A stretch of DNA of 64,000 nucleotides from Desulfosoma sp. GTDB lineage: Bacteria > Desulfobacterota > Syntrophobacteria > Syntrophobacterales > DSM-9756. The stretch covers positions 176,944 to 240,943 of the forward strand of contig JBBFKW010000004.1 of assembly GCA_037481835.1 (NCBI GenBank), read 5' to 3'. The position numbers and the translations under genes are program-made. Shown here piece after piece: positions 56,239-64,000 of this stretch. Under the pieces are notes generated by a model. The model saw nothing but the letters and a program-made list of their open reading frames with translations, did not search any database and was not told the DNA's origin. Position 1 is the stretch's first letter. The number at the start of each line of letters is the position of its first letter.

Positions 56239-57564
56239 TTAGCGCAGCATCTTGGCAATACTGACCGTACGGTCCCCCAACATGTTCGTGTAGCTCCCCA
56301 ACTCATTGTCGTACCAGCCGTAGATCACCGCTTGCGTCACCGGAATTTGGATGATCCTCGCCTTTTGCTCCTCACCCAACGCCTTGTCCGCATTCTTGAG
56401 CGCCGCGTCCACATCGAACGGAGGCCCTTGTTCAGAAGAAAGGGCCGCACAGACGTTGAGCACATGGTTCAGGTCGAAGCGCACCGCCGCCGTGCGGGTA
56501 TGGGTCTCGTGACCTTCGATGACCGCGGCCGCCCGGGGCAGCCCGATGATGTCCGACGAGACGTTCTGTTCGTCCGTGTAGAGGAGGTAGCCGTCGGGAA
56601 AGTGGGCCTGGGCCTTGCGGTAGATGTCGTTGATGAGGTTGCGGTTGATGGGATTTTTCATGCTTTCATCTTGGATGAGAACCACCAAGATGATCAAGGA
56701 TCCCGTGGTCACGGGCACCCGGACCGATTCGGCGATGAACCCGATTTCCTTCATTTCCGGGATGACCAGCCCCAACGCTTTGGCGGCTCCCGTGGTGGTC
56801 AAAATGATGTTGTTGAAAACGGAGCGGGTCTTCCGCAAATCGTCCGCTTTGGCTTTGGGAGCCCGGTCCAGGACCTGCTGGGACGGCGTCGCGGCGTGGA
56901 CCGTGGCCATGGACGCCGAAAGAATCCGCATGGGACCGAAATAGTCCAGAAGGGGCTTGACCATGTAGGCCAGGCACGTGGTGGTGCAGGACGCGTGGGA
57001 CACGATCACGTGGCGCTTGGGATCGAAATCCGCATCGTTGATCCCCATGACGGTGGTCACCGCATCCGGCGGCATGTCCTTGGATTTGTCTTTGATTTTA
57101 AAGGGTGCCGAAACGATGACCTTGCGAGCCCCGGCCACAAGATGCCCTCGAACCGATCCTTTGGGATCTTCGGCAGGGACCGTGGGATCCAAGAAGGCGC
57201 CCGTCGCGTCCACGACGATTTCCACGCCGAGGTCCTTCCACCCGATATCGGCCGGATTGCGGTGTTTTCTCAGAAAGGTCGCCTTCACACCGTTGATGCG
57301 CATGGAGCCTTCTTTGTCGTTGATTTCTTCAATGACGCGTGAGGCGCGACAGCCGTAGAGGAAATGGTGGAGTCGCCCGTAGGTGGAATCCTTTTCGATG
57401 AAAAGAGCGATGTCTTCCAGACTTTGCCCCACCTCCCGACCGATGTTGACCACCAGTTCTGAAAAATACCGACGTTCCACATGATGCCAAATGCTCAATT
57501 TGGCAATCCGTCCCAAACCGTTGATGCCAAGCTTTTGAGGGACCATGGTTTCGTGTTCCATCAT
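56239..57564 (-). CDS. Divergent GAPDH-family protein with insertions
   Basis: GINGLGRIAK, DSTYG, HASCTTTCL, TTTGAAKA and GWYDNE; about 441 aa. Confidence 0.85.
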   Translation of the reverse strand: MMEHETMVPQKLGINGLGRIAKLSIWHHVERRYFSELVVNIGREVGQSLEDIALFIEKDSTYGRLHHFLYGCRASRVIEEINDKEGSMRINGVKATFLRKHRNPADIGWKDLGVEIVVDATGAFLDPTVPAEDPKGSVRGHLVAGARKVIVSAPFKIKDKSKDMPPDAVTTVMGINDADFDPKRHVIVSHASCTTTCLAYMVKPLLDYFGPMRILSASMATVHAATPSQQVLDRAPKAKADDLRKTRSVFNNIILTTTGAAKALGLVIPEMKEIGFIAESVRVPVTTGSLIILVVLIQDESMKNPINRNLINDIYRKAQAHFPDGYLLYTDEQNVSSDIIGLPRAAAVIEGHETHTRTAAVRFDLNHVLNVCAALSSEQGPPFDVDAALKNADKALGEEQKARIIQIPVTQAVIYGWYDNELGSYTNMLGDRTVSIAKMLR

Positions 57565-57607
57565 CGCCTCCTCCTTATGTCGATCCATGCCAAGCCCTTT
57601 TGCGCGC

Positions 57608-60600
57608 TCAGGGAGCCGGGACTTCCTCTGGTTTTTCCGTCTCGTGGAAGCCGACGTAGATGGCCCCGCTGCGCCCGTCGATACCGATCACATCCCCCGT
57701 CCTCAGGAACCGGCCCCCGATGAGGCATCGGCCGTCCCGCTCCCAGACCCTCATTTTGGAACAGCCCACAACGCAGGTCTTGCCCAAACGATGGGCCACG
57801 ATCGCCGCATGGGAGGTGGCTCCGCCCTTGCCCGTCAAAAGGCCGTCGGCGATGGAAATTTCATGGATATCATCGGGCACGGTGTCGGAACGGATGAGGA
57901 TGATGGATTCTCCGGGATAGTCCTTCTTCAGCCGCACGATGTCGTTCAATTCAAACGCCGCACGCCCGCACAGCGCCCCTCCGCTCACCCCGATGCCGCT
58001 GCCAAGGTAACTCTTTTCCAGATCCTCTGTCACTTTGAAACACGGGTAGCGGCGGCTCGTGCGCGGCGCCATGTTGCGGGACTGCAGGATGTAAAGCCCA
58101 TCGCCGTCCCCGCCCTGAAACGTGAATTCGATTTCCTGAGGCCCCCATTTTTGCTTGTAGATGAGTTCCTTGGCAATATCCGTCAGGCGTTCAAATACCC
58201 GAGGAAACATGGACTCCAGGGAGTGCTCCTTGCGTTCGGTTGCCGCCAGGCGCTGCTTTTCCGAAAGGGGCAAAGTTTCCACCAAGCCTCCCACCACGTC
58301 TTCACCCTGGTTGCCCAAAGTGAAATCGCCCCTGGGGTCGATTTCGTCTTCCGATGTCCAGGGGTTGTGGGTGAACATGACGCCGGAACCCGATTCCAAG
58401 TCCAGGTTTCCGAAAATCATGGTCTGAATGGTCACCGCCGTGCCCCAGTTTTCCGAAAGCCCCATGATCTGCCGATAAGTGATGGCCTTGGGGAAAAACC
58501 ACGATTCCATGACCTGACGGATGGCCGTAAACAGTTGTTCCACCGGATCGTCGGAGATGTCGATCTTGGACTGGCGGGTGTAGTCCCGGTAGGCGAGCGC
58601 CACGTCACGCATTTCTTCAGGGGTGAACTCCCTCTTGAACACCCGCCCGTATTTCTTTTTGTAAAACCTCATGATGGCGTCGTAATGGTCCCGGTCCAAA
58701 CCAAAAGACATTCCCCACGACTGGACGAAGCGCCGATAATTGTCCCAGGCGAACCACGGCTGCCCGCTCTGGCGGATAAGCCCTTCGACGATCTGTTCAT
58801 TGATGCCCACATTGAGAAACGTGTTCATCATGCCGGGCATGGACACGGCCGATCCGCTGCGCACGGACAACAAGAGAGGATCGCGCGGATCCCCGAACCG
58901 CCGCCCGGATTTTTCTTCCAAGTCCGCGATGTGAGCCAGCACCCGCGCTTTGAAATCCTCCTTGGACTGCTGGAGGCTTTCAATCACATCCTGGCACCGG
59001 AAATACTCCGTGGTGATGATGAAGCCGGGCGGCACCCGGATGCCGAGCGAATGGAGCTGAGTGAGATTATAGCCCTTGTTGCCAAGGTGAATCAAATCAT
59101 AGGTGGCTTCGTCGGGAGCGTAAATGCGGGATATGGTCTTTTCCGGATCGTAACTCAGCAAGAGATCCAGCTTTTCCGTGCTCAGTTCTTCCTTCTGGGT
59201 GGAAAGCGTCGTGAGAATACTGCTGATGAAGTGGTCGAAGTACTGCAGACCGAACGTGCGCGCCACGAGATCGCGCAAGAAGGTTTCCGAAATGCGGTGC
59301 ACCCGCTCCTCGGCCCGTTCCCCCATGGCGTGGCGCCGATAACGCGGCAAAAGGTCCCCCGACTGATTCAACTGCCGAATGATGACCGCCAGATTCTCCT
59401 CGTGGACCGCATTGTAAAACGTCTGGATGATCTGCTTGATGGCTTCCGAAAAGCCTCGAAAGATATCCATGTACTGCGAATGGGAAAACCTGCGAATCTG
59501 CAGGGCCCGCTGAAAGAGTTCCTCCTGACGATCCAAGCGCCGGGACGTGATCCCGTCGAGGGCCAAAGCCTTGATGAAAAGAGGCAGAATGCGGCCGATG
59601 CGGAAAAAGGTGGCCCGGGTGATGAAGCTCAAGTTGAACGACAGAATGATCTCTTCAAAAAGGACGTTCGCCAGGTTCTCCAGCCGGAAAGTCAACCCGA
59701 GAGCGTCGAATTTCCGCTCGCTATAGGAACCGTACATGGAAGGAATATCCACGGCGATGTGCCGCTTGAGATAGATATTTTCCACATAGGTCATTTCTTC
59801 TTCGGTGAGAATGATCTCCTTGAGCTGCTCCAAGTAGTCCAGAATGGCTTCCAGCTTGGCAAGGGAGTCTCCGTGCCGTAACGCCTCTTCCAGCGGCCGG
59901 GGATCGGGAAGGCCCAACTGAACGGCCCGTCGCAGATGGATCTGAATGTCCTTGAAACTCAGCGCGTACTTTTCATGGAGGAGCTGATAGAAACGAATCA
60001 TCAAAAAGGCGCGCTGTTTTTCTCGGGCTGAGACGCCGTCCATGCCCTCGATCTTCTCTCGGACTTTGTCTTCCGGAAGATCCAACAGGTCCTTCACATG
60101 GTGGATGCCGTCCTCGCCGGAAAAGATCCGGCAAAAGAGGCGGTGCATCTCATCCACAAAGGGCCCGGATTCGGTGATGTCCCGAAAAACTTCGGGCGGG
60201 ACGAATTTCTTGAGCGGTTCTTTGTCCAGGGTATGCCAGAAGTGAAAGATGGCCTCGATGAAAAGCACGATGAGGTTGTTGCTTTCCACGTGGCTCTGCT
60301 TGCGCAGAAAGTGAATGAGCGGGTCCCCCCGTTGGGTGATCTCGTCCACATCCGTGGATACCGCCCGGAGCAGCCCTTCCGCTCCCACCTCGTTGAAATA
60401 CACGGGAAAAAGCTTGGTCAGCTGTTTGACCAAGTTATAGAGAGGCGCGATGGGCGCGTGCAGGAGCAGGCTGACGTCCTTTTGAAAGAGGTCCGTGTCC
60501 CGGACATAGATGCCGCCGAGAAACAGATTGACGATGAGGGCGGAAAGCAGGGTTCGAGTGCGGCGCGGACTCTTGCGGATGAGCTCCAGCCACACGCGGA

Positions 60601-61837
60601 TGTTGGTCAGATGCGCCGGGTTAACCTGCACTTGCCAGTACTGGGACACCCCCTTCAGCTTCGGCGTCTGAAACCCCAGCCAAATCACGTGCCGGACAAA
60701 GAACTCGATGAGCTCCCGATCGTCCGTCCCGAGGATTTCCAAGCCGACGGTGCGCACGCAGTGCAGGGCCGCTTCCGGGTAATTGTTGAGGCAGCCTCTG
60801 AGCACCTGGAGGAACCGGGTGAGTCGAGGCCGCAGGATTTCCTGGGATTCCTCGCGGATCCAGCGCCCCACGTCCATGTTCATGGCCCGCAGGGTCTCTT
60901 CGTGGATGGGTTCCAGCCCCTTGGTTTCCATGATCCGCAAGCGCAGCAGCATGCTCACATGGCCCGCCTGCTCCGGCGGGACGGCTCGGCCCACCTTGTC
61001 CGCAAGCTGTTGGTAGGCCCGCACCACGTCTCGAAAATCAGGAAGATCGCACAACCGTTCCACCGCCCGGCGCGGGTCCTTTTCGGCGGCGATGTTCCTG
61101 ACACGCCGCAGAGCCCATTGGTGGTCCGCCTTAAGAAGCGGCGAAAACAGAGGACGCCACGCCTCCACGTTTTCGTCCTCTTGGAGCTGCCGGCTGAGCC
61201 AGGCCAGAGGGTCTTCCCGCTCGGCCCAAAAGGTGTGAGTGACCGTGAGAACGCGTTCCAGGAGGCGGCGCCCTTCCACGAAGGATTCAGGGAAAGTCCA
61301 CAGGGCAAGGCATCGGGCCAGGAGCTTCTTGGGCTGGTAGAAACTTCGAACGACCCACTCGAAAGCCGACGGCTCCAGATCAGACAATCTGGCGAAGCAC
61401 CACCGCAGGAGCCCTCCATGGGCCGCCCCGTGCGGCAGCGGGTCCTCGTCCCCGAAGCTCGGCGCCTCACGGGAAACCTCCCGACACAACTCGGGCGCTT
61501 CCTCGGCGATCTTGAGCCACAAGGCAATGAGATGATCCGCGGCCGCCGCCTGGGTCTTGGGATTTCCCGCATCGGAGAGGGCATGGAGGAAAATTCGGCA
61601 CAACAGAACCACCACACCCGCGCTGTCCCGGTGATCCCGGTACAAGCGGAGGTTTCCTGTGGCGTAACGCCATGCTTCCTGAAGCACGTACGTCCAGTTG
61701 CGGTAACGGTGGTGGTATTCCAGGAGAAGATCCCGGGCTTGTTTCTCCTTTCCAGCGTAGCCCCGTACGGCGTCCACCAGCACCTCATGGCCGGGGTCCA
61801 CCGTCACCGGGACGTTGGTCACCATGAGGTTCTTCAT
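57608..61837 (-). CDS. Large PPDK-like dikinase: ~900-aa unknown N-terminus, ATP-grasp and phospho-His domains, no pyruvate-binding barrel
   Basis: LGNKGYNL, SVRSGSAVSMPGMM, QGEDVV, EIEFT, LQSR and GGATSHAAIVA; the protein ends shortly after IDGRSGAIY. Start is uncertain. Confidence 0.85.
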   Translation of the reverse strand: MKNLMVTNVPVTVDPGHEVLVDAVRGYAGKEKQARDLLLEYHHRYRNWTYVLQEAWRYATGNLRLYRDHRDSAGVVVLLCRIFLHALSDAGNPKTQAAAADHLIALWLKIAEEAPELCREVSREAPSFGDEDPLPHGAAHGGLLRWCFARLSDLEPSAFEWVVRSFYQPKKLLARCLALWTFPESFVEGRRLLERVLTVTHTFWAEREDPLAWLSRQLQEDENVEAWRPLFSPLLKADHQWALRRVRNIAAEKDPRRAVERLCDLPDFRDVVRAYQQLADKVGRAVPPEQAGHVSMLLRLRIMETKGLEPIHEETLRAMNMDVGRWIREESQEILRPRLTRFLQVLRGCLNNYPEAALHCVRTVGLEILGTDDRELIEFFVRHVIWLGFQTPKLKGVSQYWQVQVNPAHLTNIRVWLELIRKSPRRTRTLLSALIVNLFLGGIYVRDTDLFQKDVSLLLHAPIAPLYNLVKQLTKLFPVYFNEVGAEGLLRAVSTDVDEITQRGDPLIHFLRKQSHVESNNLIVLFIEAIFHFWHTLDKEPLKKFVPPEVFRDITESGPFVDEMHRLFCRIFSGEDGIHHVKDLLDLPEDKVREKIEGMDGVSAREKQRAFLMIRFYQLLHEKYALSFKDIQIHLRRAVQLGLPDPRPLEEALRHGDSLAKLEAILDYLEQLKEIILTEEEMTYVENIYLKRHIAVDIPSMYGSYSERKFDALGLTFRLENLANVLFEEIILSFNLSFITRATFFRIGRILPLFIKALALDGITSRRLDRQEELFQRALQIRRFSHSQYMDIFRGFSEAIKQIIQTFYNAVHEENLAVIIRQLNQSGDLLPRYRRHAMGERAEERVHRISETFLRDLVARTFGLQYFDHFISSILTTLSTQKEELSTEKLDLLLSYDPEKTISRIYAPDEATYDLIHLGNKGYNLTQLHSLGIRVPPGFIITTEYFRCQDVIESLQQSKEDFKARVLAHIADLEEKSGRRFGDPRDPLLLSVRSGSAVSMPGMMNTFLNVGINEQIVEGLIRQSGQPWFAWDNYRRFVQSWGMSFGLDRDHYDAIMRFYKKKYGRVFKREFTPEEMRDVALAYRDYTRQSKIDISDDPVEQLFTAIRQVMESWFFPKAITYRQIMGLSENWGTAVTIQTMIFGNLDLESGSGVMFTHNPWTSEDEIDPRGDFTLGNQGEDVVGGLVETLPLSEKQRLAATERKEHSLESMFPRVFERLTDIAKELIYKQKWGPQEIEFTFQGGDGDGLYILQSRNMAPRTSRRYPCFKVTEDLEKSYLGSGIGVSGGALCGRAAFELNDIVRLKKDYPGESIILIRSDTVPDDIHEISIADGLLTGKGGATSHAAIVAHRLGKTCVVGCSKMRVWERDGRCLIGGRFLRTGDVIGIDGRSGAIYVGFHETEKPEEVPAP

Positions 61838-61878
61838 GAGCGCTTCGGATTGCACGCTCGGGCTTTTCGGGCTCTGTA

Positions 61879-62406
61879 TCAACACGACCTCTCTCCATCC
61901 ATGAAGCCGGCTTCCGAAATCAGCCAGCGGGACCTCCACCCACGGTCCATTTCCAGTTCCATGAGCACCGCCGGTTCCCTGATCCCTTCGTAATAATCGG
62001 GCCTCAGCCCCGACGGCCGAAACCCGACGCTTTGGTAGAGTTGCTGGGCCGCGTGGTTGCTGCGCCGCACTTCCAAAAAGGCCACCCGGGCGTTTCTCGT
62101 GCAGGCTTTGTGCAAGGCCGCCAGGAGCAGTCGTCGTCCCACCCCGCGCCGTCTCATGGCGGGGTCGACGGCAAGATTAAAAATCTGCACTTCGTCCGCC
62201 ACAAGCCAGACGCAGATGTAGCCCACGATCCGGCGTCCACCGTCCGCCACGCGCGCCACCAAATTGAGGGCCTGGGGCCGTGTCAGTTCCTCCACGAAAA
62301 AGGATTCCCTCCAGGGATCCACATGGCTGGCCCTTTCGATGTCCAGGACGGCCGGGATGTCTTCAGGCTGCATGGGCTCAATGAGAAGGGGCAGATGAGC
62401 GCTCAT
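61879..62406 (-). CDS. rimI: Ribosomal protein alanine N-acetyltransferase RimI
   Basis: NLAVDP..RRRGVG, FLEVRRSNHAAQQLY and RPDYY. Confidence 0.88.
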   Translation of the reverse strand: MSAHLPLLIEPMQPEDIPAVLDIERASHVDPWRESFFVEELTRPQALNLVARVADGGRRIVGYICVWLVADEVQIFNLAVDPAMRRRGVGRRLLLAALHKACTRNARVAFLEVRRSNHAAQQLYQSVGFRPSGLRPDYYEGIREPAVLMELEMDRGWRSRWLISEAGFMDGERSC

Positions 62407-62836
62407 GGTCCGACTCCCGTCCCTTGACCTCGGCTTTAGAAGCCAAGATCTCGCTGGCCAAAGAGATATGGCGACGCCCATAGTCCCTCAACACCTCGGC
62501 GGCTTCCCGGACAGGCAGGGAGTTTCGGATTTCCGCGAACTTGATCAGCATGGGAAGGTTGAAGCCGCTCAAAACCTCCACACGGGAACCCGCAAAGGAA
62601 AGGGCCACGTTGGACGGGGTGCCGCCGAAAAGGTCCGTGACGACGATCACCCCGTGTCCGCCGTCCACCTCCTTGAGGGCATCGGAGAGCTCGCGCACCA
62701 TTTCTTCCACCGGAGTGTGTGGATCCATGGAAACGGCCCGCACGGCTTCCAGCGGACCCAAGATGAGCTCGGCCGCCTTGACCATTTCTTGGGCCACATG
62801 GCAATGGGCGGCAACGACCAATCCGATTCTCGACAT
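62378..62836 (-). CDS. PTS mannose/fructose-type EIIA component
   Basis: IGLVVAAH (phospho-His), TDLFGGTPSN and GFNLPML. Confidence 0.92.
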   Translation of the reverse strand: MSRIGLVVAAHCHVAQEMVKAAELILGPLEAVRAVSMDPHTPVEEMVRELSDALKEVDGGHGVIVVTDLFGGTPSNVALSFAGSRVEVLSGFNLPMLIKFAEIRNSLPVREAAEVLRDYGRRHISLASEILASKAEVKGRESDHERSSAPSH

Positions 62837-62884
62837 CTTCGGTCCTGTCTCCTGCTTTTCGGGCGCAGCCCGGCACCAACCGCC

Positions 62885-63763
62885 TCAGCCATCCAGGTGC
62901 ACGTCGCGATGAAATAACACGGTATAATAACCGGCCGCGCGCACTCTGTCAGCAAGGCGTTCTGCAATCACCACCGATCGGTGTTTTCCTCCTGTGCAGC
63001 CCACGGCCACGGTGAGATAGCGCTTGCCTTCCTGCACGTATTGAGGGAGCAGCTTGAGCAAAAGCGACGCATAATCGTCCACGAACTGCACAGCCTCGGG
63101 ATGGCTCAGCACCCAGTCTCGCACCGGAGCCTCACACCCGCTCAAAGGCCTCAACGCGTCCACAAAGAACGGATTCGGCAAAAACCGCACGTCCACCACC
63201 AAGTCGGCTTCAAAGGGAAGGCCGTATTTGAAGCCGAAAGACAAAACCTGCACACTCATCCTTTCCCGATCGCTCACCAAGGAATACGAACGAGTGATGA
63301 GGGCCTTGAGCTGGTGCACGGAAAAGTCACTGGTGTCCACAATGCGGGTGGATCGAGCCCGCAAGGAGGCCAATTCTTCCCTTTCCTTCTGAATCGCCGC
63401 GAGCAACGATGACTCGTGGGCGCTGATGGGATGGAGGCGCCGCGTTTGGCTGAAACGCCTTTGGAGCACTTCCGTGGCGGCTTCGAAAAAGAGGATTTCC
63501 AAGGCGTAGCCGGCCGATTCCACCTGCTGCAGGAGTCGATCGCAGTCGTGGAGGAAGCTTCGGCCGCGAATGTCGATCCCAAGGGCCACTTTCTTGAGAT
63601 CGGGTCTGTCCTGTTCGCACAATTCCACGAAATGGGGAAGCAGCGGTACCGGCAAATTATCGATACAAAAATAGCCGATGTCTTCAAAGGCCTTGATGGC
63701 GGTGCTCTTGCCCGACCCCGAAAGCCCTGTGACGATCACTAGATGAATGTCCTTCTTCGGCAT
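62885..63763 (-). CDS. rapZ: RNase adapter RapZ (P-loop)
   Basis: TGLSGSGKS, CIDNLP, SFGFKYG, DVRFLPNP and GCTGGKHRS. Confidence 0.95.
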   Translation of the reverse strand: MPKKDIHLVIVTGLSGSGKSTAIKAFEDIGYFCIDNLPVPLLPHFVELCEQDRPDLKKVALGIDIRGRSFLHDCDRLLQQVESAGYALEILFFEAATEVLQRRFSQTRRLHPISAHESSLLAAIQKEREELASLRARSTRIVDTSDFSVHQLKALITRSYSLVSDRERMSVQVLSFGFKYGLPFEADLVVDVRFLPNPFFVDALRPLSGCEAPVRDWVLSHPEAVQFVDDYASLLLKLLPQYVQEGKRYLTVAVGCTGGKHRSVVIAERLADRVRAAGYYTVLFHRDVHLDG

Positions 63764-64000
63764 GTTCTCCCCGCCTGCGGCTTCCACGCCGCCCTGAGCG
63801 CCCCGGTCCGTCCTTTGGAGGCTTCCTCCATGCCGGAAAACGGACGGGACCCGTGCCTTCCCTTTTTTCGGCGATAAAAGCTTTTCGGTTCAGGTCACGT
63901 GCGGTGCCGGAATTTTCGGAATGCCGTTGTTTTCAGCCGATGCGAGAAATCGAGTAGGGTGAGACCGGATAATGAATCCGATCTCATCCCTCTCACAGAA

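Noticed and set aside
63956..63991. Imperfect hairpin AGGGTGAGACCGGAT...ATCCGATCTCATCCCT at the window edge
   Set aside because: Single copy with truncated context; cannot distinguish a terminator from a repeat or chance.
1..64000. CRISPR arrays, IS elements, prophage and rRNA
   Set aside because: No regularly spaced repeats, transposase/integrase/phage ORFs or rRNA-like sequence seen by eye.

Overview
A GC-rich (roughly 60% by eye) core-chromosome segment. It most likely comes from a sulfate-reducing Desulfobacterota, probably Syntrophobacteraceae-like; this is inferred from gene content, not a database result. The left part holds a C-terminal protease fragment, an lgt / CoA-transferase-GNAT / nuclease-like / MBL operon, a vapBC pair, ALDH-mobB-mobA-moeA, a short core methionine synthase and an AICARFT-only purH. 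Next come a TetR-led futalosine (menaquinone) operon containing a class I aldolase, a class III aminotransferase, rsbRD_N-dsrMKJOP behind a Rex-box promoter, lipB-lipA-ald and an RND efflux triad. A ttrBCA/srdBCA-like molybdoenzyme locus follows, controlled by a periplasmic binding protein plus a membrane-anchored HAMP-sigma54 activator; a sigma54 promoter and UAS palindromes are visible. The right end has yajD, creA, tRNA-Leu(GAG) and the operon rapZ-EIIA-rimI-[giant truncated PPDK-like]-[divergent GAPDH-like]-gap-pgk-tpiA-secG. The strongest candidates for uncharacterised systems are (1) the ~1400-aa dikinase lacking the pyruvate-binding barrel, paired with an atypical GAPDH paralogue, and (2) the kinase-free SBP/HAMP-sigma54 sensing module driving the Ttr/Srd-like reductase. 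No CRISPR array, rRNA, IS element or prophage was seen. Several starts were moved from the ORF track to RBS-supported or coupled codons and are approximate.
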